DNA from: Trichinella spiralis
Lineage: Eukaryota
Assembly (NCBI RefSeq): GCF_000181795.1
Contig: NW_003526945.1
Location: 62,001 to 126,000, forward strand
Direction of reading: 5' to 3'
Length of the DNA stretch: 64,000 nucleotides
Part shown: positions 33,427 through 45,977 of the stretch, in pieces
Position numbering within the stretch: position 1 is the stretch's first letter
Layout of the letters: the number at the start of each line of letters is the position of its first letter
Made by a program: the position numbers and the translations under genes
The notes under the pieces: generated by a model
Told to the model about the DNA's origin: nothing
The model's input: only the letters and a program-made list of their open reading frames with translations
Databases searched by the model: none

Positions 33427-34413
33427 TTATTCAAAAATGTGTGAACGAACCATCTTTTGCAACTTTTTCCCAAAATATCTGCATGATTTTAAAAAACCAG
33501 CAGTTAAAAAATTTTTCATCGTCTGCTGATAGCTAGATTTAAAAACAATTCTTTCAACAGCATACTTCAATTTTTCGGCATAATTGATGTCGCTTGCTAG
33601 GCTGAATATTATTTCTTCTAAATCACACTGCTGTGGGTTACATTTTTGCATATAATTTTCGATTTCAAAAAGCACTTGGGATGGCAAAAATTCCAACAGA
33701 TGTAAAATGTTATCAGTTGTCAACAAGTGGTTAAAATTTTGGCCAGAACGTGTTAGTGGAATTTCTTCACAAAGATGATTCAAAATTGGTTCATACATGT
33801 GAGCAAACTGTTGCATATTCTGTTGAACAATGTTTGTCACTTTGTTTTTATCTTCGGCAATTTTCATGCGAATATCACCCCAATAAGACAACGATGCAAT
33901 TGTTGTGTAGAGTTGTTCTTCGTTAAACTTTTCTGGTAAAATAAGCAAAGCCATGTGGCATGCATTTTTCAAATTCATTTTACAAGCTTCTTCCAATTCT
34001 CTGCTTGTAGGTGGAATTAAAACTTTCACCGGTTTGTGCATACGACCACTAATGTACAATGATTTCCAATCGATCAAATCCGAAATTAGATGCGAAGTCC
34101 TGATGACACTGTACTTAATGAAAAATTCCCCAACGCGAATCATTGTATTACAATAAACACGTGCAGCGTAGTCTGTCTGCAATTTTGTCAATCTTTCAGC
34201 TCCAATATAACGCAACATTGAATAATGACTACTGTTCAATTTCAAATTTTCCTTGTGCCATTCCAGAGGTTTATCGACAACTACAACAAAATCAATCATA
34301 TTTCTTTTAATTTCAGAATTTCGTTGTGCAATAACTCCAGAACCATAAGCGAACATCATAGAAACAGAAGTACGTGGAAGTATTGAAGCAATTCTCTCCA
34401 AATGCATCATCAT
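33427..34413 (-). CDS. TAMM41: Mitochondrial phosphatidate cytidylyltransferase, single coding exon
   Basis: Motifs FAYGSGV, MIDFVVVV, LYISGRMHKPV, LSYWGDIRM and EDKNKVTNIV. Confidence 0.95.
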   Translation of the reverse strand: MMMHLERIASILPRTSVSMMFAYGSGVIAQRNSEIKRNMIDFVVVVDKPLEWHKENLKLNSSHYSMLRYIGAERLTKLQTDYAARVYCNTMIRVGEFFIKYSVIRTSHLISDLIDWKSLYISGRMHKPVKVLIPPTSRELEEACKMNLKNACHMALLILPEKFNEEQLYTTIASLSYWGDIRMKIAEDKNKVTNIVQQNMQQFAHMYEPILNHLCEEIPLTRSGQNFNHLLTTDNILHLLEFLPSQVLFEIENYMQKCNPQQCDLEEIIFSLASDINYAEKLKYAVERIVFKSSYQQTMKNFLTAGFLKSCRYFGKKLQKMVRSHIFE

Positions 34414-35079
34414 TGCCAGATAATAATCTGAAAGATAAAATAAAAATGAAATTATACATTTCTAATTACATCCATAATAATACTAATAATAATGACCATA
34501 AAAAATAAATCATTTACAATTAAATTATTCAAATTTTCCATTTATTAATGAAATCAATTGCAAATTCTAATAAACCAAATAGTTATTTCATGCTGCTGTA
34601 CCAAAAAAATATTCCACAAGTTACCGCTTCTCAATAGTTTAATCAAAAATGCTTCTTTTTCAGAATGCTTTCCGTCCAACAATACAAATCACTGTTACAA
34701 TATATTAATGCCTAAAATCATTAAATCTATTTATAAATGGTATGCAAATTCTTTCGAAAGAAAAAATTATTAAAAAGTAATCTTACTGTTCGAATAACCT
34801 CGACGTGTTTGTTGCATTAATTTTTCGATTCCAAACTGTCCCTAGTGAATACAAAAATAAGACAATACGTCATTTTAATTTAAAAATATACACAATTTAA
34901 ACTCTGTTTCAAAAAACGCTTGCATGTAATTCTGGCAAAGTAAGCAAAGAAGACAAGCACAACATCTAAACTAAAAAACAGAACAGAAAAATGTTCCACT
35001 AATCAAAACATTCATTTTTACTGAATAAAGTTCATCCAAATATGCATGATTTTTCACAACAGTTATGAAAAAAGAACAA

Positions 35080-36251
35080 TCACTGAAAACTATCGCATCG
35101 AATAAAAGGAAGTAAATTGCCACCGAAAATTCTCCGAAAGAAACTCGCACATGGGATGGTCAACGATGAAACCACAGAAGCGAATAAATTTCTAAATTTA
35201 TAATCATCATTATAATTGCCATATTCAAAAAATCATCATAAAATTTCAACCAACTACTAAAAACAAAATGACAGCTTACTTTAATGACCAATTCGGCAAG
35301 CCTCCATTCATATAAAAAGTATAAGTAAAGCTATCTTGATATTCACCATTTATATAATAATAATCTTTCAAGCGACAATGTCGTCTGAAATTAAATTCAT
35401 TCAAAAGCATGTTCATAATTGTCTAATTAATCAAACGCATTTTATAAGTACCTGAAATCCCAATGTTCATAAAATTTAATAGCACCAACGTTCGAAACTA
35501 AAACGTGAAGAAATACACATCGAACTGGACCACTTGGTGACATAATATTGCGAAGATAATTGAGCAGATGTGATAATAATTTGGAAGCAATGTTTTTACG
35601 ACGCCAACTTTTTCGTACACCCAAACTCAAAATATAACAAACTGGAGTATCCAATGAAAATGATTTCGCAAGGATACCATGATCCTAGATAAATGAATAA
35701 ATAAACATTTCAATAATATACAGTTGGAAAAAATCGATTTTTTGAAGATACTTTTATACCTCTGGATGGCAGTCCATTAGCATTCGTACTTCGGCCACTA
35801 AAATTCCAACAATCGATTGTCCGCAAACCGCGGCCATACTCCACAAACTTTGACTTCGACTGACATGCTCAAACCAATGATCTGGGTATCTTAAAAAATT
35901 AACGATGATACACATTTAAAAAATTAAATATTTCAAAATTAGATTACATGTGACTAAAAAAGTCTAAAAAGTAAATAAAAATATAAATATTTAAATGTCA
36001 AAATAAGTGCATTGTTAAAATACGATATTTGAGCAAGTAGAGCAGCAATTAAAACATGCATGAACAATTCCAATACGAATTGCAAGAAACTTCGATGACA
36101 CATCTTAAACGAAACCTTACTCCAAAGGAAACACATCAGAATACAACTTTTTCACTTCAGATACATCTTCCATGCACAAGTAACGCATGTGAACTTCATC
36201 TTCTTCACGGTTATCCAGATCAATAATGAAACTGCTCGAAGTACCATCCAT
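35080..36251 (-). CDS. NAA60: N-alpha-acetyltransferase 60 (5 exons)
   Basis: Motifs FPLEYPDHWF, YILSLGVRKSWRRKNIASKLL, FLHVLVSNVGAIKFYE and YMNGG, plus an amphipathic C-terminal tail. Confidence 0.92.
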
Positions 36252-37325
36252 TTTAAATTATGCTACTTCTCCATTTAGCAGCTACAGCTGAACGTAAATA
36301 AACAAATGTCATTGTCTATGCTAGTATGATTATAAAATGAACAAAGTACGAAATCAATTACTTGATCATATATAAAATTAATTTTCAGTTTCGCTTATAA
36401 AATTATCTCGATTTTTTAATATAACTGTTCTTCATGTGTTAATAATATAATTATATAACAACAATAATAACAAATCATATAATTAATATTCATTCAACAT
36501 TGAACACATTACAATTAAAAAAATTAACATTACGCGTTTAAAAATGTTGTATACTAAGTTTAACATATAATATGACGTCAAAACAATTCAGCGAACGTAC
36601 GTCAAAAAGCCGCTCATTAATGAAACTATAAATTAGATCGAAAAAAATTAAAAAGACAAGTTACTTGACCTTAAATACACAACTCAAAATTATACAAAAC
36701 TGCTGAAAATTACCAGAGTAACCAATCCAATACATTGTTCTATTTTGTTTAAAAGAACCATTAATAAACATGCTAAGATAATCAGTGCGTATGAAATGCA
36801 CGTACCAAGCACAGAGTTCGTAAAAGACGATAAATATAAATAAAGAGGAAACAATCTGCGTAAAGTGCGCGAAAGCCCTTCTGTTCTTCTAGCTCTTTAC
36901 ATATACATCATATACATCTAAATAAATATATAAAACCGCAAGGAGGATTTCACTTTAAGATAAATTTATTACTTAACATTTATCAATACAGGTTTACTGT
37001 ATTTAAAGTAAATTCAAGTTTTAATGTAAAATGGACAAATAAATTGCATTTATTTGGGAAAAATGTGCGATTCCTAAACGTCTTACAAAATCTTATCTCT
37101 TTAATAAATTATTTAATTATCATAACAGGAAAAATTTGCTTTACCATATAAAATAGGAAAATAGCCAAGCATAGTATTAAGTATAGCAAGGGTGCATTTA
37201 AAACTTTAAAAGCTGAAAGAAAAACTAACGGAATTTTTATTTACCAAATCTATTTAATCACATTTTAGATAAATGTATAAAATTATCGATAACTAAAAAC
37301 TGTATTCAAAGTATTGCAGTCAAAG

Positions 37326-37778
37326 TTAATTTTCCACGCCTTTGACTTTACAAACATAATTGGCCAACTTCACGCCAGTCATCAGTTTCTCAATTTCATC
37401 ATCAGGAATTTCAATACCAAATTCTTCTTCAACAGCCAACATCAGTTCAACATGATCAAGACTATCTAACCCGAGATCATTGACAAAATGGGAATCCAGT
37501 GTAAAATTTGTATCATTTACCATTTGTAATCTGTGAAACATTTTCACCACTTTAAGAACACGTTGCTCAACTTCTTGCTTTGTCAGTTTATGCGGCATTT
37601 CAAACGGTTGTGTCGGCTTACCAATTTTATAATGCATTATTTGTTGAACTTGGGACGTTGGTGCAGTTCTTGCGACAAACCCAATGAAACGATAAAATTT
37701 TGGAACGCTGAACCATGCCTTCCGAGGCAACCAAAAATATCGTGAAGAAATATAAAGAAAATTATTAATAATTTTCAT
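37326..37778 (-). CDS. NDUFAB1: Mitochondrial acyl carrier protein, single coding exon
   Basis: Presequence-like N-terminus and [21 protein letters not shown] phosphopantetheine site. Confidence 0.95.
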   Translation of the reverse strand: MKIINNFLYISSRYFWLPRKAWFSVPKFYRFIGFVARTAPTSQVQQIMHYKIGKPTQPFEMPHKLTKQEVEQRVLKVVKMFHRLQMVNDTNFTLDSHFVNDLGLDSLDHVELMLAVEEEFGIEIPDDEIEKLMTGVKLANYVCKVKGVEN

Positions 37779-38556
37779 AATTCGACCTAAATGTTAAAAA
37801 AATTATTAACAGCTTTCATTTTCTAAGTAATAATTCATACTCATATTCACGTAGTAATTCAGAAAAAAAAGAAATCGTATTATATATTTTTATACCTAAT
37901 AACTAATAATGAACAAAAACAAGCAAAAAACTCAAATGCAAAAAAGTTGCTGATGCAAAAATAAAAAGATGAAATACCGTATGCCATATAAATAATTTCA
38001 AGTTCAATCAATTTATTTTATTATGATTGCATGAGTTCTTTCATATCAAAAGTGTATAACAGAAAAACTACATAAATTGAAGTCTTATGCTGGAAAAGAA
38101 TTACAAGTATATAAATGTTTTAAAATAATTTGTATATTAAATATGCAGTTTTGTTTAACTGCAGTTAATGGTTTATATATATTAAAATTTTTATGCATTA
38201 ATATTTATTTTTTTATTCATCATTATTGATTTACTGCCTTATATGTATTTATGCTTTTAATTATTAACGAAATTAAATGATTGTATGGCAGTATTGCCTA
38301 TTATACTGAACAGACTGCAGGCACAATAATGCATTGCACGTAGAATAGTGTGTTGACATTGCTGATTTCTTATATTCTATTTCGTCACTTTCTAGTACTT
38401 TGACAAATCAGCTACGTAAGATATTATTCTTTTCTGTATTTATGCTAATAAACAAGTAAATAATTGTATATTTAATTGTATTTCAAAATGAGAAGTAAAA
38501 TTAAATGTGAAGAAAATAAAAAACTGCTTTCTAACCATTCAGCATTTCGTTACATT

Positions 38557-40429
38557 TTATTCGACATTAACGACTTTACAGTCGTCTAATAACATTTTAG
38601 TTAAAGCGTATTTTGATTCTGGTTGTACAATAAATGATACAACACTTGTAAAAATTAAAACAATCAAACTTGTTATATAAACAATCAGCGGCCATTTTAT
38701 CACAAAATAATAAACTGACGTTGAAAATGCGGTAGTGAAATCTTTGGTTGCTAGAAATAAGCCAACAGCAAGCGCTCGATTTTCTGTTAAAAATGATGCA
38801 GTTATTGTATGCAAAAGTGTTATTGTATACAATCCGTCGTTAACTGCTCCGGAAATCAATAAACAAAATAAAATAAGTAATGCAAAGTCATTCGATGATA
38901 AGCAAATTGTTGCGAGAATTATTATGATGCATACTGTATTCACAAAAAGAGATACTAATGTCAAGCATTTGTAACCAATGCACGCTATCTAAAAGACATA
39001 AATAAATAAGAATAAATAAATAGATAGATGAATAAACTCACTTTAAAATCTAAAATTACTGCAATTACAATAATCAATACAGTAAATAAACTGTATATGA
39101 ATACGTAAAGTAATATACCAAATGTTTTGATGTTTTTATCAGAAAATGTTGTTAAGCTGATGAGATTTTGCGCTACAGCAGATACTATCAGGAAAAATAG
39201 ATTCTTTCTTAATGTGCTCGAACGAAATAAATTTAAAATTGTTAAAAATTCTTTATCAGTTGCTCCAAATTGAATACTTTGAATCTGCTTAACATTAATT
39301 TCAATAGACGCTCTGTTCCACAAATCGGATGCAATTTCTGACAATGCTTGAGCAGCTCGGCAATAATACCCTTTTGAAATTAACCATCTTGGAGATTCCT
39401 AAATATTAATTTTTAATTAGACGTACGAATTATCTTAAAATTTATGTTACTGAATAATTAAATGAAAAATACATTTCATTTCATTTCAATTTTTTGTATA
39501 CCTGGAGTAACAAATGGGTGTACAGTAGTGAAATACTTATGAGATTGACAAAAATTAGAAACAATCGCCAATTTTTTGTTAAATAAAATATCAAAAAGAT
39601 GATCAGCAGAGTGAATGGAGATGTAGTGAATGATAGGGTTAATAGGCGGTATTGTTTATCGGTAATTTCACTCATCAATGTGATGACGCTTGTTTCGATT
39701 TTGCCAATTAGAAAGCCGATCAAAATTTGAAAAGCCAATAATAATTTCCAATTTGTACACGCAACTGACAGTATGCTAACAATCAAAGTCATCGACAAAC
39801 AAACAAATGATGCAGATAAACGTCCAAAACTGTCAGATAAATGACCACCAATCAGTGAACCAAAAAAATGCCCCATGACGTAACTGACAAATACAAACTG
39901 ACGAATGTCTTCCTTTTCGCAAAGCAGCATGAAGTGATCAAATAGACTTTCAAAATCACCATTCGCGACAGTAATATTACTGCATTTATTTAACAACTGA
40001 AACAAAAAATTTACATGTAATGAAAGAAAGAACAATTTACAGCATTTATAAGCAATCATTAAATCTAATTGATATCTTAATTGTGATAAATAATATTATA
40101 TATAATTCACATACTGAACAAAAAATGCTTTCATTCTTGGAGCTAGTAATAGTAGTATTATTTTCTTCAATCCAACATGTGTATTCCGATTTTATAAAAC
40201 TAAAACGAAGTAGTGCAGAATGAGCAACCCATATAATTGTAGTAAGTTGCACTGTTATCAAGCAGAATATTTGATATTTTCCAAATATGCCAACGCTATC
40301 AAGAACCATTTCATACGTTGGAAAATAATTTTTTACTTCCTCAGCACTTTGCTTGCGATATAATGTAATTTTTCGTGGTTTTAAACTTTTCAGTCCTACC
40401 TCGTCTGGTATATTTCTTGTTTCATCCAT
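38557..40429 (-). CDS. SLC22/MFS organic-cation-transporter-like, paralog B (4 exons)
   Basis: Motifs GIFGKYQIF, GGHLSDSFGR, ESPRWLISKG and PESK. The reading frame is intact across the exons. Confidence 0.88.
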
Positions 40430-40943
40430 TGACTGCGATAATCTTAAAGTCAAATTTTTATAAATAACAAGCAAATCAATACAAAATAACTCAAATACTT
40501 ACTATTCGAAAAGAAATATTGTGTTTTTTTATAAATTTAAAAATGTATCTAAAAATTGAAATAGTAAATAAATTAGGCCAAACAATGAAGAGCAACTTGA
40601 AATAAATTTACTGTAATGACTTAATGATTTTATTTTGAAAATGAAAGATAACATAGTTATCTATTGCTTTTAAATCAACATTGGTGCATGTTCAATTTCA
40701 AGTCGAGAACAAACAATTTCATGAGAAATAAAATAAAAAGCCTACATTTAATTGAATTATTCTTTTTTTAATTTCACCTAAATGACATGAGATCAACATG
40801 ATTAAATTTTAAATAAAAATACTGAACTATAAAAGGCACAAAGTATGAAAAAGATTTTATTACTACAATCAGTCAATATTTGAAATAAAAAAGAAATCAC
40901 AAATATAGAACAGAACAGAATAGAATAGAATGATAACAGGAAA

Positions 40944-42789
40944 TTATTTTATATCTTCATCAAGATCTGGCATACGAACTTTGGCTAAACAATATTTCGT
41001 TTCTGGCAAATACCACATGGCACCTAAGAATGTTATAATGAGAAAAGTTTCAATGGCAAGACAAGGTACAATTGGCCAAATTTTTGTGCTGAATTCAATC
41101 ACGGCTCCAATTATAATAGTTCCAAATCTTGAAACCCAATAATGAATCCAATTGCGATGCCTCTCATCACTGTTGGATAAATGACAGCAGCTGTGTGCAA
41201 GACGGTCATTTCGTATATTGAACCATTAAGTGCCATTGCCAGTAATAAAATTCCATACAGTATATTGCTGTTAAAATCAGATTTAACAAAAAAAATCACT
41301 ATAACAACTCCAAAACAAATAATGATCGACCCCAAACTGAATAGCATCATGTGCTTGCAACCGAGCCGGGAAAACTAAAATAAAAAAGTGTAAAAAGAGA
41401 AATGTAAAATTATTCATATAAATAAAACTTTACTTTAGCATTCAACATGATGCCGATGATTAAGAATATCATTCGAAAACTGCCATTCAGAAGGAGGTGC
41501 AAATACATATTTTGAATAATTGATAAATTGCTAAATAAGATGAAGCCTGAATTGACAAAGCTGCAAGAAATTACGGACAAAATGAGAGAAAGTGTTTTTA
41601 TAGACAAAGATTTTGATCGAAACAAATCTACAAATGTGAACAGTTTATTCTGAGTAGGTATGACGAGAAGCGTCGTCAGCTGTTGTGGATAAATATCACA
41701 ATTATCCCCTTTCCATCGATCAGAACATAATTCAGTAATAACAGCAGCAGCTTCGGAAATTTTCCCTTTCGAAATCAGCCATCTTAATGATTCCTGAAAA
41801 AGCAACAATCGTACAAACAAACAAAGCCACAACATAATTTCTAATATTAATCAATATTGAACAGTTTTCTTTACATCTGCAAAACAAAAAGTGCACATAC
41901 TTGGTAAAGAAGATAGCTGTACAATAATGGTGAAGATAAAAGACTGATGAAGATCAAATACATTCGCCATTCGGATGTACAATAAGCAATTAATGCTATG
42001 AATAGATAAGAAACGCTCATCTGAGAGCAAGCAATTGGAATGTATCTATATTTGCCATCGGTAGTTTCTATGAGCAGTGTTGTACAGGTTGTTTGTATCT
42101 GCCCAAAAATGGCGCCAGTGACAAATTGAAAAATTGCAAAAGATTTCCAATCAGTGCAAGCAATAGAAAGTGATCGAACCACGAGACCGGCAGAAAGATA
42201 TACAAATAATCCTCTCAATCTGCCCAAATTATCGGACAAATGACCACCAACAATTGCACCGATCATTCTCCCTATTAAAAATGAAGCCAACAATATGAAA
42301 ACGTAACTTCTTCTGTCGCAAACCAATTTCCAATCTGATGTCATCGAAGAAAATTGCAAATCAACTTCTTTCAAATTTCGGCACGTTTTAATCATCTGAA
42401 ATTTATTCAATTCAAAACAAAAAAAATATTTAATAAAATAATACTTGACAAAAATATTTTTCATCTTCTCCATTTGAAACTGTAGAATTGTCAATTGGGT
42501 CGATACATGACCAACTGGATGATACCATTGTATTTAATAAAAGTAAATAATTTGCAAACCATGTAATTGTCGAAAAAAATGTTACAGCACAACAAAAAAT
42601 TTGATAAGGACCAAATATACGAATTTTTGCAAAAATTTCATCCATACACGTAAAATATGAATCGTACATTTGGATGCTTTGTTTTCGATAAACGGTTGCT
42701 TTTCTTTTCACTGCTTTCCCACTTGGATTAAACGTTGAAAATGAATGATCTTGCAATTCCATAGAGTCGGAAGATATTTCAGCGCTCAT
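40944..42789 (-). CDS. SLC22/MFS organic-cation-transporter-like, paralog A (4 exons), with an apparent frameshift at ~41133
   Basis: Motifs FGPYQIF, DWKLVCDR, GGHLSDNLGR, ESLRWLISKG and YPTVMRG. The final TM segments and LPETK lie in a shifted frame. Confidence 0.85.
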
Positions 42790-44008
42790 TCAGCTTATAT
42801 GTATATATATGTATATATATATATGTATGTATTTATTTATATATTTCTTTTCTCCTACTCTCAACAATGAAAATTAGCAAAAGGGAAGTTATCAAAAAAT
42901 TTCAACACCGTACTCAAAATTACATATAATGGAGTAAAATTTTTCACAAAACATAAATACTAATGTGCAAATAAATAATTTCTGAAAATTGGAACAATTT
43001 TATTCAACACTGATCGACAAGTTATTTGACTAAGCCAGTTTATTATGGCATGAATTTTGCTGTTATTTTTAAAATGTTTTGTCATACTGTAATTGGGAAT
43101 ATTTTTCTTTTCCTTTTCAAACTGGTCCTTCAATTCCTGATGCATAAATTAGGTCAATTTGAAAAAATAATTCTTTCTGTAAATTTAAAAAATTCATTTT
43201 TGTAAATAAAACAAAAAAATAATTGCATAAAAGCAAACAAATATTATGAATTTACACTTGTCCACTCAGGCATGAAACGAGTAGAAGAATTGTTTAAATA
43301 TGTCAAATATGTAAATGTAGAAAATTTCATAGATGTCTTTTTTGTACCTTTTTATTACATTGCTACTTATTGTAAAGGAAAACAGTTTCAGCATAATTTC
43401 ATTTCCAGATGAAATATTTTTAATAAATGTGAAATTTTGTTTGTTTGTTTTAAATATATTGAGCGTCATCAGAGAAGAACCAATTATTAGAAGAATGAAA
43501 GCAAATAATATAAAAGACAAATAAGATAATATAGGATAAGATAAGAATGGCATAAAAATTATCGGCCGTTTTGCCAAGTAGATGATGGTGAACAGGGTTT
43601 GCACAGAATCGACAAAGTTAACTCACGTAACAGTGAAACAGTAGCCATAATGAGAAATGAAAGTATCAAAGAGTACTGTAATACAGAAATGCAGAAGTGA
43701 TGCCCAAGAAACATTACGCATTTGCATTGCTGCAGGAGTAACACATCAAGTCACAGAATGGCCAAACTATGTTGGTATTTATTGCTCAAATAAAGTTATA
43801 TATATACATACAAAATGTATTTTTGTGCTATAAAAGTTCAGGGTTGCGGGCATTTTATTATCCGAATCAAAGGCTGCGTCAAACGTTACAAACATTTATT
43901 TAAATAAATGAATGTGACTATTTTAAAAGATAAGGTATATAATTGACGATTGTGCGCAACAAATTTGAAATAAATAAAAACTGACATTAATAGTTTCTTT
44001 TCTCATTT

Positions 44009-45307
44009 CTACTGACTACCTGCCAGAGGCATTTTTTCTTCTTGGTACGGTGACTGGTCATTTTTATCATAATTCATGTTTTTTTTACTTTGCACTGGTG
44101 GTGGTGTTGGATGATTTTGCTTGGCGTCGTATACAGTCCACAAAGATTTGATCAGTTCTGTAGCGATGATGTCGCCTGCGTTGCTGGCAATGATACGCAA
44201 AAGGAAAACTCCATCTGGTCGAAGTTCCCGCCTGACAAATTTGCCAACACGTCTCTGCTCTGGTAGAGTGTCACTAATTTTGTCCGACACTCGCAAATAG
44301 CGGCTGATGAAATTCACTTGCATATTTTCATTAAATGAGACGAATATCCAATAGAAGAAATTCAAAAATGTGAAAATTGAAATAATGAAAAACCACCACC
44401 ACAGGAACAGGTAAATTTTTTCGTTGAACATGTTTATCATCAAAACGCATTGCACGGTCCATCGATGCAGATTGCCAAGAACTCGGACGTCGAAATCACA
44501 CATCGTCACACGCGGAAAATGACCAGACTCTTGCCATTCACGCCCATAAGCCAAATCTCTCAAAATTTCAAATCCCCAAAATGTATACTGGGCACCCAGA
44601 AATCGATTCAATATCAAAAATTGGCAGACAACATTCAATATGTAAAGAAATTTGATAAACAAGTACAGTCCAGTTACATATATACCATAATGCTTGCCGT
44701 AGATGAGAAATCCAAAAAGTTTGCCACTTGTACTCAGCTCACGTTGTAGATTAAGTGACTGACGAATATGCTGCGCTACTGTTTTTACATTCTTTTTCCT
44801 CGTTTCATGATCCATATTTCCCGCATCAACTGCCATATTTGTTATTCCAAGTACGCTTATACCTTAAAATATATCATGTTTATGTGAAAATTAATTCTAT
44901 TCACTTGAAATATAAAATGAAAATTTACCTGAATACCAATTTGTCAGTCGCCAAATCAAGCACGGTAAGTAGAATAAGAAAGCTTGTAAAGCCAGAATGA
45001 ATGGAACCCATTGATAATAACCAATTTCTCGACTATCACGTTCAACGTAATCGACAGGAATTTGGTTGGTCAACTGAAGAAAGTATGTATTTTGTACGAA
45101 GCAATAATTTTCCGTATACTGTTCCCAAGCTCCGGTAAACTGAGCCGGAACCCAACACTGGATCGGCTGACCAACGTACTGTTTTGCACTGAGAGTCAAC
45201 GAAAAGAAAGCAATTATAATTGGCGTATAATAATAGTTGACTCGGTCGACCAAATCATCGTCATTGTGTGGAGTAAGGGCTCTTAAAAAGCTGTCCACAA
45301 AAAACAT
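44009..45307 (-). CDS. inx-13: Innexin, INX-13-like (2 coding exons)
   Basis: MFFVDSFL...DDDLVDRVNYYYTP...LTLSAKQYVGQPIQCWVPAQFTGAWEQY, YYQWVP, FPRVTMCDF and NMFNEKIY. It closely resembles C. elegans INX-13 as I recall it. Confidence 0.85.
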
Positions 45308-45977
45308 CGTTGCAGTTGTTCCAAAGTCTAATCTACAGCAATAAAAAAGAACAATTAAATAGTGTTCAATATTCGACTGCTGATTTTTCGAATCCAAATT
45401 ATCTCATGTCACTAGCGAATTCTCTACTTCAAATAATAACATCCTACAAAAAATTGTAATATTACATAATACTTATTATATATGATAATATACAATGCGT
45501 TTCATTTGAAATGGAATAAATAGAAAATATTGTATTTTATCGTTTCAATAGTAGACGTTACATTGTAAATAAAAATTAAAAGTCTTACCAGATGAATGAA
45601 TTTCAAACGAATGATGATTTTCAAATTTGCGTGTAAATTAACAGCACGCTAATATAAGTGGTCTGTATTCCTGAAAATTGAAGAGTGCTAAAGTGAATAA
45701 AATCAAACAAACAGTTTCATTAAATGCAATATAAGAAAATAAATGAAATGAACAATCTGTAGTCGCACTGTAATAATTGAAATTAAAATTAAACACAGTA
45801 TTAATTTACAAGAAAGAAAAAAACAGAATGTGATAACTTTCTGAATAGAAAGTGTGTATGAAAAACACACAAAATGTGCAATTCAATACATCGAAGAGGC
45901 CAATTTTTGAAATTTTATTCAACTATAATAAAAACGTGATTGATTCTTATATATATATATATATATATATATATGTT

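Noticed and set aside
41131..41140. Programmed -1 ribosomal frameshift at GGGTTTC in SLC22 paralog A
   Set aside because: The heptamer is not in the X_XXY_YYZ phase and no obvious stimulatory structure is present. A mutation or assembly error is simpler.
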